Shown here one piece after another: positions 1-13,600 of a stretch of DNA of 64,000 bases. The position numbers and the translations under genes are program-made. Source of the DNA: the human T2T-CHM13v2.0 reference genome, Homo sapiens; assembly GCF_009914755.1 (NCBI RefSeq), contig NC_060937.1; one strand, given 5' to 3'. The stretch's first letter is position 1, and the number at the start of each line of letters is the position of its first letter. The notes under the pieces were generated by a model. It saw only the letters and a list, made by a program, of their open reading frames with translations, did no database searches and was not told the origin of the DNA.

Positions 1-573
1 ACATTTCCCTATTTCTGTTCTTTGTGGTACCCATTGTTTCTCTCAAAAATGATAAAGATCTTCTACCACATTTTTTCATGTGCATCGAAGGAATCCTCAG
101 TCAATAAATATACAACTATTTTAAAATTTTTAAATATTAAAAATGTATATTCTTTTCCAGGAAAAAAATGTTAAAATTATTCAACCCAATGAAATTTTTA
201 TTTGTTTTACTTTTTAAAATGACCTCTTCAGAACAAAACAAAGGATACTAAACTTGATCTTTCCTTGCCTTATGAGTAGGGATATCTTATGTCATGGTTT
301 ACTCAGAAAAATCTCTGTTTATACATATTCTTCTGTCATAATTATTAATAGCAGCTCCTATCACTTTCAAAATTGCCGTGGTTTGGTCAACACATTATGT
401 GGTCAACCTGTTATGAGTAACTACCACAAAGAAATATAAAAAGAAAAATATAGAGATACATGAAGTGTGGGAAGAGACTAGAGTTGGCATCAGGTGAATA
501 ATTCTTATTTTGCCCCTAAGTTTCCTGGACTTCAATTTTCTTACCTGAAAAATAAACATATTTTATTTTATGA

Positions 574-890
<317 letters not shown>

Positions 891-1198
891 TAATGAACAG
901 TAGCTGCAAGGGAAGAAGCTTAGATGGATACATTTGTTTTGAGGGATTAAAGAAGCCTAATGGTGGGAGTAAATACATTCTTTCTTTTGTTTGAAATTAT
1001 GTTGATATTGTCCAAAGGCATTTGTCTTTGGAAAAATATTAAGTAAATATATTAATGTGACTGTCATTCTGTAGGTGAGCAGTCAGTCATGCACATTAAA
1101 ATCTGAACTAGACTAGACTAGAAAAATTCAGAACAAACACTTCTGAAATAGGGTTATTTTCGCAGTGTTCAATTAACAGGTAAATAAGATGTGTTTTA

Positions 1199-1350
1199 AG
1201 CCAGGCCTGGTGATGTGTGCTTGTAATCCCAACTACGTCGGAGGTTGAGGCAGGAGGAACAATGAGCCCAGGAATTCGAGACCAGCCTGGGCAACACAGG
1301 AAAACCCCATCTCAGTAACAATAATAATATAATAATAACAGCAACAATAA
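1199..1350 (+). mobile_element. Free left Alu monomer (FLAM) with degenerate (AAT/AAC) tail
   Basis: 'tgtaatcccaactacgtcggaggttgaggcaggagga...gagcccaggaattcgagaccagcctgggcaaca' as a single monomer. Confidence 0.85.
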
Positions 1351-2169
1351 TGTCCTTCTTTTGAGTCACCATTTTTTGAGTATCAATAAGCAATGTGTAA
1401 ATAATAACTAGATGTTTAGACTAAAAATAAACCTTCCTTATTATTTTCTTCCAGTATTGAGACTCATAAAAAAGAATTTTTTAAAATGAAGTTTAGTTTA
1501 CCAAAAAAATCAAAGACAAAAGCTAGCATTATCTTTCACAGTTTATCAAACTACATTGTCACAGTGCTACTTTGTATCTCCCCCGTTTGTTTGTTTGTTT
1601 GTTTGTTTTTTAACATAACCTGTAGAAGTGAAGCAAAAAGTGATGGGAAAATAACGTGTACGGTAGATATGAGATACTGTTCTAAAATTTGTTCTGCTTC
1701 TAATTTGTGTGGGGCCCTAGTCAAATCCCTTTGATATTTCTCAGAATTTTCTACTAAAGGATTTCTAAAGGCAGAAAAGAGTAAATACATACTTGTGGGC
1801 CTTCCAACAACTGCTAGAAGTATTTGATTCTGATATTTTAAATTTAAGACACCCATGATTTTGCTTTATGTCTTATAATTTCAATATTTTTTAATAGAGA
1901 AGTAATGCTTACAATTATTTTTCATCTAGTAATTTTATTCTTCAGAAAAAATGTGCCAGGTTTGTTTTCGGTTTTATGTATCCTGAACATAGTCCCCTAT
2001 TAGAGAAGTATGGTGATAGGTGACCAGTGGTTCTAAAATTCTGATTCTATTTATTACAGAAATGACATAGAAGTAAAGAATAATATATTTATAACATTTT
2101 TGCTTCAAATGTAAATGAATTCCATCCTCAAAAGTTTTGTGTATTTGTTTTATTACATATTTAAATTGA

Positions 2170-2534
<365 letters not shown>

Positions 2535-2674
2535 TGTTTTTCTTTTTGATACCAAAACGTAGCTTCAAAATAAATGGCTTTCACTTGCAAAAGGCTCCAT
2601 GTCTAAACAGAGTTTGTGCCTGAATTATATTGTACTTTTCTTGATTTGCCCACCGAGCCCTACTTGGCATCATA

Positions 2675-2830
2675 ACCTAATAGTAGCATTCACTGAGTGC
2701 TTTGCATACATGTATTCACTTAGCCCCCACAGAAGCCCTGTGAGGATATCCCCATTTTACAGAGGAGGGAGTGAAAGAATATAGAACATAAGAGATTTGA
2801 TCTAGAACACCTACAGTAAAACTTTAAATC
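2675..2830 (-). mobile_element. MIR fragment
   Basis: MIR core-like 'ccctgtgaggatatccccattttacagaggag'. Confidence 0.6.
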
Positions 2831-5800
2831 CGGCTGTGCAGGGTTGCCAAATTCAACCCCTTCCCTTCCCCAATGTTCTAACTGCCAGACATCATTTATA
2901 TTTGCAGTAATCCACATATTCAAGTTGAAATTCTCAACTCCTCAAACAAAGCAGGCAGCTAGAGTCAAAGGATAGTAGATATACTCTCCCTTTGCCTCCA
3001 CTGTGCTCTCCAAGTACTGAAAGAGCTCAGCAGTATGACACGCAACTGCATGTGGCAAGACAGCCAGTCTCTGACTATAAAGACCCACATAGACCCATAG
3101 GAGAACACTGTCCTGCTCTTATTGTCTTTGTCACATTCTGAACTGCTGCGACAATGAGTTCAAAAAGTGGTTAGAAAAATTAGCTATTAGAAGGAGGCAC
3201 AGTTAAAGATGCTGGCAGGCTCCAACTGATTCTGACCTTTCTGCCTATCTCTCTGCAAAAGTATGTAAGTGTTTGTAACTGTGTTGTGTGTGTGGCGTTT
3301 GCATGTGCACATGTGCATATGTGTGTTCTGTCTTGTTTTCATTTTTATATCACCAGTTTACATTTATTAAAATTTCACAAATGATGGAGTTAACTGGCTT
3401 CTGTAAATGTTCCCCACTTTTTAATGACACATTGTTTTTTGCCAAGATAAGAATTTAGAAGTCCATAAAAGGCATCTTCTTTTTCTCTAAAATTTGAGGT
3501 TATGGGTTTTTTAAGCCACATGACTTTGAATATAATTTAATCAGCTTGCTTTTAGGCCTAACAAGCACCAGATATGAACTGCTTGGCATTCAAAAAATTT
3601 TTTTGAGAGAGGAAAACTTATAGATAATTTGGGGTGCATAAAGAACTTCTAGGGGTAGTAAATAAGTAAAGGTGATTATTTCCCAATTAGGTTAACAAAG
3701 AAAGTCTAATAAATCTAGGGATGCAAGAAAGTGTATAGTGGAGGAAAGATAAGGAGGAGTGAGCAAAAGGAGATTGGAGTAAAACAAACTCTTCTTTCAT
3801 GCATCTTCATAAAATCATGTCTATGTCCCAGAAGGAGGAAACTAGCTCTTTTTCTCCTGCACTTTCTATTATGTTTTATTGTTCTGTTCAAAGGCTTCAG
3901 ATTAATTATTATAACTCAAATTAATTAGCCTGAGTTAGTATTCTCTTTTTTAGAACAATTGCACAGCATGTTGAATATAGCTAATAATTGGGTACTATGC
4001 ATTTAAATATTACTAACTGAATAAACTTCTAATTTCTGAGCTAGTATTCTTAGCATTGTATTTAGTACTGTAGTTCAGCCACCCTATGAGTTTAGCATGT
4101 TTTTGTAAACTAAACTAGGAATCTACTTAATTATGACCTTTTTAATGTAGTAAAATTTTTCTTTGAATTCCAAAAGTCAAAATAAAGAATAAACTTTCAG
4201 AAAATAATTTATTTTCAGTTGTAGAATACACATAGGCTCAGTCTTTTTGATTGTATAGTCTACCAGTGATGTTTGTTTTCTGTCATAATCAGAATGTTGA
4301 CTTATCCTTTTATTTTTACTGCTGTTGTTACTATTGTTGAGCTAGAGAAAGTCACAGAAAAAAATTTAAGATAAGATTTATTCCTGACTTGGTTGGATAT
4401 TTTTATACTCTTAGATACCTGTTCTCTGATTTCAAGACTAAAATGAATAAGAATTCAGCTATATAGGTTTGTAGTCTCTGAAATTTAATCACAACCCGGC
4501 TGTACCTGTCAGTGTGCCATTTTGTTTTGACATCAAAGTGAAATGGTTTAAATGATTTCTCTCTTCTTTGTAGCCATTGTCAAGGATAATGATGATTACA
4601 TGGCTTATTATGTCTTCATGACTTTTTGGTAGGCATTACAGATCACAAAATCTGCTTTCTAAAACAGTCTAGTAGGCAGCAGAAATTTTGTAGAAAAGCA
4701 AAAGTCTATCGAGCGTTTTTCCCTTTGATTATAATTCTGATAATATAAACCATTTTTTAAATCTAATTTTGCATTATATTTCTGAGTCATCATAATGATT
4801 GATAGATAAATATTAGGAATAATTTTAATTTAATAGCTATTCCCTATTGTAAAGCCCAGCTTGCTGACTCAAATCTCTATCCAAAAAAAAAAAACAAAAA
4901 AACTACTGAAACCCTGAAACCTAAGATGTGGGCACAGTAATTGGAAGCCATTATTTGAAACAGTGACAAGGGATAATTTGCTATGCTACAATAAAACATG
5001 TATTGATTTTTCATTTAAAGAAATTGAAATAACATGGCGGAAACATTCTACTTTGAACAATATCACAAAACGATGAGATATTTTATTGCATTTGTGTGTA
5101 AGATACTCTTGTCAGTTTTCACACACCATTAGGTTTAATCACTTTGAGGTATGTTATGTAACTTGGATAGATTGATTTGTAGGATCTGCACTTGCTAAGG
5201 ACATGTGAATACTATAAGTACATATACATTATATCATGTGTATATGTGTATGTATATATGTATATTATGTATATGTATATATACGTAATGTAGAATTTCT
5301 TTAGCATCCCACAACCAGTTATAAAGTTTGTCTCAATTTCTTTTTAAAGCTACTTGACATTTACTCTTCTCCTCCTCCACAACATTTATTTCATGAAATA
5401 GAATGCCTTAGAGAGAAAATATGACTTAATATTAATATAGATATAAAACCCAAAAGAAACAAAATATGTGCATTTGTACTAAATTGAGAAATGCCTTTGC
5501 TAATAACCCATATTGCTAATATATAGTATATTTTAGTGAAATTTAGCATAATATTTCTTAAGGAAAATATATTTCTGCCTTTTTTATCTTAATGAAAAAT
5601 ATAATCAATGCCTTTTAATAAATGTATAAATATGAAATATTTTTAATGTTTAAGTTTTCATTTTCTAGAAAAGTAGGAAAATTATATATTGTCTGAAACA
5701 ATGCAGAGTATCAGCTGTTGGCATCATCCATTCATATTATCCATATTAAGTATCTGACTAAGAACATGCATGTATATGGAGCTATATTTACAAATATAAA

Positions 5801-6051
5801 GACATGTATTCTCCTTACAGAAGAAGATCTCTTTTGATCATGAATCCAAATACCCATACTCATATGTGCACATTTTGTGCACATGTATTGTCACACATTT
5901 CATTTAATAACTCACTAGTATATATGGAAATTTTAAGTAAATTTATCCCTGGAGATGATACCAAACATCTGATATACTATACCTAGAAATCAAACACAGT
6001 ACACAAACTGAAAAGAGAAGCTTCATCAGTTTTAAAAAATAAGCAAAAATA

Positions 6052-6349
<298 letters not shown>

Positions 6350-7323
6350 TACCCTTACCTTTCAATAGGTGTCAGAGAAAAAGCATCAGATTACTTCTAC
6401 ATGAAATCCAGGAAATGTAAATATTAAAACACAAAACTGAAAAAAAAGCAAAAATAGTGATTAATTTGTAGACATTTTAAGAAAATATTTGTTTCAAAGT
6501 ATTTCGTATGATTTGGAACAATTACATATGTGTTTCTTGGGTGCTGTCAATTGAATCTTACAGTCAGCAGCATCAATTTTACTGGCATATGTACTTACAT
6601 CTTTTGCCAAATTGTTTATTTGTGAACCATAAAATGGAAGACAAAAATTTAATTTTGTCATTTCAGTCTTGTTTTATCTTTCCACAGTCTACTTTTTAAT
6701 TTACTCCATTGTCATTATCAGCAGCAGTGTTTTTATTGCTATGTAGGCATTTTATATTTTGAAGTTTCTTTTTCAACAGCCTGGATTAGTTTCCTAGGGC
6801 TGCTATAACAAAGTACCACTAACTGGGTGGCTTAAAACAAGAGAAATTTATTTTCTCATGGTTCTGGAGACTAGAAGTACAAAATCAAGGTTTAGCAGAG
6901 CCATGCTCTCCATGATGGTTTATTCTTCATTTCATCCCATCTCTGTCCTTTTCAGTCCAAGTTGGCAATGTTTCTGCTAGTATAAAATTCTCAAAAACTT
7001 TGTTCATCTTCTGTGTTGACAGGATGAGCAATAGACAAGAGAGTTCTCTATAGATCCTTCCTCAGTAACTCCATCTCTAATCCTAACCACTGTTGAAATG
7101 GTGGATTGGATCCATAAGTCAGTTGCTTAATCTTTTTAGCAAATGGTTGTTGAGCCACATCCTTGGCTCTGTTTCCAAAGCATGCTATCTGATTGGCAGT
7201 TGAGAATTTTCCAAATCAAGTGCTGCTTCCATTTTCCTTAAGAGTTCATTCCTCAATTATTCTCTTTTCCTCTAATTAATTTTCTCAATTTTCATTTTCT
7301 TAATTATGTAATTTTCTCAATTA

Positions 7324-7390
7324 CAAAAGTAATTGTGGTTTTTGTTAAAGAAATTGCCAAAAACTCAAGTACTTTTGCACCTAGCTAATA
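7324..7390. mobile_element. MADE1 (Hsmar1-derived MITE) with truncated left TIR, nested in MLT-int
   Basis: 'caaaagtaattgtggtttttg...caaaaactcaagtacttttgcacctagctaata' matches the palindromic MADE1 consensus. Confidence 0.8.
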
Positions 7391-7650
7391 TAAGCATCAA
7401 GAAGTAACCACACCACACACATCACACTTAGCTTGGAGATCTGAGCTAAGAATCCAAGTTCATCACTTACAAGTTCTACCTTCTACTTAGTAGTAGATCA
7501 CAATTTGGCAAAGTTTTCTGCCACTTTATAGCAAGGATTGTCTTACTTTCAGTGTCCAAAAACATTTCCATTTGAGACCATTTGCATTTATGACTATATA
7601 TACGTATGTCATAAAAAAACTTTCTCTGTAGCTTTGTTTGTGATATATGA

Positions 7651-7652
<2 letters not shown>

Positions 7653-7688
<36 letters not shown>
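7653..7688. repeat. (GT)18 microsatellite
   Basis: Direct reading. Confidence 0.97.
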
Positions 7689-7689
<1 letters not shown>

Positions 7690-10600
7690 CATAATAAAAG
7701 CTTTATCTGTAGATTTTCCTTTGCTTCTTTCTGAGCCCCCAGCAGAATCAACTTTAATGTCATTATTTCCTTCAATAGTATATTCAAAACAATGTAGGCT
7801 TTTTCTACCAAACACCTCAAAGATCTTTTAGCTTCTACCCATGGCAGAATTCTAAAGCCACTTCTACATTTTTAGATATTTTTTACAGCAGCACCTCACT
7901 TCACAGTAGCAAAATTAGTAATGGTTTTCTAGGGCTGCTATAACGAAGTACTGCAAACTGTGTGGCTAAAAATGACAGAAATTTATTATTTCATAGTTCT
8001 GGTGGCTAGAAGTCCAACATCAAGGTATAAGGAGGACCATGCTCTGTCTTATAGTTCTAGGAGAGGACCCTTCCTTGACTCTGGTAATTGCCAGCAATCT
8101 TAGACACACACTTCAATCTCTGTGTCTATGGTCCCATGATGTTCTCCCTATGTGACTGTCTCTGTGTCTCTGTTTTCTCTTCTTACAAGGACACAAGTCT
8201 TTGGATTAAGGCCAACTCTATTCCAGTATGACCTCATCTTAAGTAATTACATCTGCAGAGACCCTATTTCCAAATAAGGTCATATTCTGATGTTCTGGGT
8301 TGACATACATTTTAGGGTGGGGGGCAGTATCCAATCAAGTACACAGCCTATAGCTGTTTTTTCTTCAACTTGGATGAGATCAATTTTTCTGATTAAAGGA
8401 GTTGTGTACTTTATGTGACTCTGCTTATATTATTTTAAAAATATATGACATATTTTGAATGTATCTAAAATACATTAGATATTGACTACTGAGTTTGGAT
8501 TATTATCAAGTAAATGTAAAGTGCTTTCTACGTAGTAAAATGGTTAATGGATATTGAAAAGCCTTATTGTTGGTACCATTAAAAATCTAAGAGGGTCATG
8601 TTATATGCCGAAAAGACAAATGAGTTTGGTAACAAAGTAAGAATATATGAAGGTCCTAGACTTTGAACTTTTTTAATATATATTTGGCAAGAACTAGTGC
8701 TTTTTCAGAATGTCAAGACAAACATAATAACAAGGTAATTTCTAGATTATTCTTTTTCTCTAAACAAACATTCAGTATATTCTGTATTCTCTTTACTCTG
8801 TTAAATATTACAATAGTCATCATTTAAACATGTGCGTGAGGCAGACTTATTTTCAGGTGTTTCCATCTGTTGTGAGGGTATACTTTAAAAATAGGACAGA
8901 AACACACACAAATTAAACACAAAGCCAGGGGAAAAAGAAAAGAATGAAAGAAATATCCCCAGGGCAACAGTGAGAAAAAAACCATTTGAGCTGCCTGTTA
9001 TTAATTGTTCAACCTGTTTTACCTTGGAATCCTACATAATTATTTTCCAGGGGAGGGGCAAACAACAGATGTTGAATAAAGGTTGAATCTCAGAAAATGA
9101 GACTATTTTAAAAATAAAGTTACTCTCACTCACCAACAGGCATTTTTTGTTGGCAAGACTTTCAGGCAGCAATTGATTTCTCATATTCACTGTGCATTTC
9201 AATAACATTAATGCAGAACAAAATATTCTTTTTTTGTTTGTTTTAGTCTAAGAAGTAGATCAAATATACATGTACATAATATATCTAAGTTAGAGGCTCA
9301 TAAAAAGCAAAACAAAAACAAAAGCAAGAATATACCACAGCATTTTCTTAATTTTGTATTACATACATGTTTCATGTTAGGTAACAAAAAAATAGAAGAT
9401 GTTACAGAAATATATATATGTATAAAATATATATATATATTTCTCATTGCTAAAGTCAGTACATTCTTAAATTAGGTGACTGAGTAAAGGGCTAAATTAC
9501 AAATAGTGTCTTGTTTCAAGTTCTAGACAGCATATATTGTATAACTAATATTAAGATGCAGTACACATTTTTATTAAAACCTTGGTAACTAGGGATATTA
9601 CAGAATAGTTTGTGACTTTAATTTTTGGGGCCTGCTTGTTCACATCTTCTATCCACTATTGCAGAAAATTATTTTATTTAAGGTTAATGAATGCATCATC
9701 ATCATGAGTGTATTTCTTCCATGGACCTAGGAATACATCTTGTTACTTTGCACTGTTTTCATCTCATCTAAACTTAAATACCCCCAGAAAAGTAATTTTC
9801 TTCCAATAAGACTAAGTCTTATGTAGCTGGGGAAATACCAATGACCATATCTTTTAGATATTGATCATTCTAAAGAATTTTAATATAAAAGTTAAAATCA
9901 ATAGAGAAGGATTCATAATTCAGTTGGCCCTTTTTCCTACTTGGTTTTTTCTATTTGTTAACTAAAAATATTTTATTTTTCAAGCATTCCCGACTTTGCT
10001 TTCCTTTGCTATCCTCACCCTACACACCATCACAAGTAGACTTCAGTCTGTTGATCTGCTTCCTCCAGGTGAGCAATTTCTTCATCTGCTAGCTTTCTTC
10101 TCTGTGATCCAAATTTTACTTGTTAGATGATAGCACTCATAAAACTATACATTTGCAAGGCAGAACATGTGGACTTTATTTCTTTAAAGGAAAATAGCAT
10201 AGTAAGTGAGTAATTTTCTTTATTGTTTCTGCATTAATGCTCTTAGTATTTCCGGAAAAGCTGTATAGTGTTAACGGTTGAAACAAGAATCTAGTCTTAC
10301 ACCAGATTTTTAATATTTGTTATTCTTAAGTGAGTTTAAGTGGGCCAAATCTTAATTATTTCATATTTTGAAAATTCTACCACTTATATTAATTTCACTT
10401 AGGAAATAGTGTAGAATAAACTGATGGAATGGAAAGTGGGCTGTACAGGAAAGAAAAACTTGATTATTTTCTTTTGGTGTAAGTTGTTGGTGTAGATGCA
10501 ATCTGCTTCACTGTTGCCACCTGAATAACTGTGTTTCACCTGAGAAACTGAGTCCCCAAATTCCTCTTTCCTTTTGGACTCAATTACACATCATATTAGC

Positions 10601-13600
10601 TAAGTGTTACTTTGTGAAAATACGTTAAAGGCTTCTTTACACAATACTTTAAAAAACCTTTACATAGCAGCCCCATATAGTTTCCTAAAGGCAAGGCAGA
10701 ACCAAAATTATATAAATTATAATGGCTAATGAAGCTAAATATTTAAATCCCTGGAACTCCATAAATTATGCAATACATTTCAATCTCTAAGTATGCTTTA
10801 CATGTGATTCAGATAATCTTGGAAAACACATTAACATTTGAAACAACTGGAAAAATTAAGTAAAAAAACAGGAAAAAGTATTCCTATCTCAGGTGAAATT
10901 TTAGCTCAACATATTATACCATTCTACGTCTGGATATCATCCAAGTCTCTGAATCATTTGAATGCTTTTGAGAGATTTGATTGGTTTCTGCATAGTTTAA
11001 TCACTACTTAAGAAAAACTTGCTACTGGAGAAAATGATTATATCAGGTTGTTGCTGTGCTTGAAAAACATACATGTATATTACAGTAATCTAAGAATCGC
11101 AATTTTTCTTGCTTTATTCATGCCAGAGAAAGAGACAAGGTTGCTTTATTTCTTGTATGGAAATGAATGGAAACTGGAGTAAAAATAGAACAGCTTTAAA
11201 CAGACAAGGTTATAGTTGGGAAAGTTATACCTGTCCTTGATTTGGGGGTAAAAAGGTGAGAAGTTTGAAACACAAGTGTGTCAGTGTGCATGTGCATGCA
11301 CACACACACACACATATGTAAGGTCTATATAAAGTCTTCCTTGTTACCCTTGAATAGCTGTGATTTCACATTGATTAAATTTTAATTAGTTGGGAAAAGT
11401 GTTATATTTTTTTCATTCAGCAAAAATTAAATTCAAGGGTATCATTTATACCAATAATCATTTTGGATTTTAGAATGTAAATTTTTATACATTATTTCAT
11501 GTGTTCCTCAATATATTTCTGCCTTGATCTCACATCCATTTCCTGCTCAAATGTATGTGAATGCTCACTGGTGCATACATGCACAGGCACATGTACACCT
11601 GTGCAGAACCATGGCCATTTACCAACAAGAAACACAGAGCTAGTGTTGTGATTGAGCACCAGGAAAACTGGAAACTGTTGTTAGGTAAATTAAGCCTTAT
11701 TTTATGTCCACTAAGTGGTTCTCAGAGATTGTTGTCTTTAGGCAAGGCCCCTTCTATTCATTTCCATCTGGTATATGAATGTAATTTTTTAATCATGTGT
11801 ATGAAGAATGCATGCATAACTATATGTACATTTGCTTTTTAGCTGTATTCCTTGGGTGATAATTATGTGACAAATTTGAAGTTATCATTTTAAATTTACA
11901 TTTTCTCAAAGTGTCAAGATAATCAGGATAGCAAAGCTTGCTAATATTTTCTATTGAATATATACTATAAAACTCTTCAATTTAGAATACAATTGTTGAG
12001 GCTACTGAATGTAATTTTGCATATATATTTTTGATTATTATAAAATTACTATAACATAATCATTTTGTCTCTATGTTATAAAATAATCAGAATAATATTT
12101 TTACTTTTGTTTCAATTATCTCCCAAATAGTTCATATAGATATAATCTTTGTGTTTTATAGGTAATAAATACATCAATGAGTTATGTATCTTAGGATGTA
12201 TACTTTTTAATAAATTATTAATCTAACAATACATTATTTATATTTGGGATTTTATGCAAAATTATGTGCAGATATATTTATTTTTAGTAATAAAACAACT
12301 ATACTCAATAAGAAAAAAGCCTAGATAGAAAGTTTCTTTTTACTAAATACTGCTAACCTAATAATTTTTCCATTTTATAATAATAGCAGGTAGGTTTCCT
12401 TTGTGATCATAAATACTTTTATCATTTAAAGAATGAGCTTTAAAATAAATATGTTACTGGAAATTTGTCAAATCAAATAGTTTAATTGTAGTTCACTTAT
12501 GGGTAGACCTTGGATTTTAATACTGGATAACTTTAGCTCAAGTCAAAAACTCATCTGGACCTTAAAAATGTACACATTCACGGTTAGAGTGAAACTTACT
12601 TAAATTCAAGCTTTTTTCTCCTTTCAGCAGAGACGTTGTGATCCCAATTATGTGTCCAATAGAAGTGTCCACATTCTCTGATTGACTTATGAATTATATT
12701 TCTAAAGGAATTTTAGGGTCCAGTTAGAAGATTACTGCTATTTTCCTAAGCATTATAAAGAAATGTGCTGTGAAAGCAAATGTAAAAATCTGACTTGCCT
12801 GAATTTAAATTTATTTTTTTAATAATAGAGTTGCCTAAAAAATTTATTTTGGCTAGATTATGAAGGTCTTAGAACACCAAACTGAATAATTCATCATACA
12901 TCCATTTTTGATAATGAATATGAAAATTGTTAAATGGCTCCTTGAAAATACCTTTGGTAGCAACAAAAAAATCACTTATTTCTAAGATTGAATGAAAAGA
13001 TTATTAATAAGAAAAACTCAAATATAGCATGTTTGAATTAAGAAAGACTGTCTTAATTAGTTCTTCTGTTATATTAATATGAATTCCTTTTTAGATTGGA
13101 TTCAGATTAAAAGTCTGAAAATAAAATAATTGCTTATATATTTCTATTTATTTTCTTGTTAAAATTACCCTTTAGGAATGCACTTCACTCTTACTGTCTG
13201 TTCTTTGCTCTGGGTATGGCTGATTATCAATGGAATCGCAGAAAATACTCTCCAAGATAAGAAAGTATTTAAAACATCACTGTTAGACACTTTTTTATCT
13301 CCATACTGCATGATGCATGGTAACATTTTCTTTAAAAACACATTTTTATCTTTACTGTGATTCAGAAATAGCCCTCTCCAGTAGCTTTTTTGCCCCTCAG
13401 TTTGATTACATAGCAGGATAATCTAAAGAGCCACATCTCCTCTCTTTTAATATGTAAATTTCCTGACCTCTTCTACCAATTTCTCCAATGCTTCAGTGTG
13501 TTTTAATGATTACAAAACATTAAAGCTGTTACTAGAAAAACGGCTTGTCATTGCCAATAAAACCTATTACAAGAAACATTTCTGTATATTTACTTTAGAA

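Larger units (their letters stand above)
6782..8343 (-). mobile_element. ERVL-MaLR (MLT1-type) two-LTR element: 5' LTR 7916-8343, MLT-int ~6920-7915, truncated 3' LTR 6782-~6915
   Basis: Two similar copies of 'ctagggctgctataac..agtac...aactg..tggct..aaa...agaaatttatt...catagttctgg.g.ctagaagt.caa.atcaagg'. The internal region begins like MLT1-int on the minus strand ('attttgctactgtgaagtgaggtgctgctgtaa...'). A perfect 5-bp TSD CAGCC lies at 6777-6781 and 8344-8348. Confidence 0.85.
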
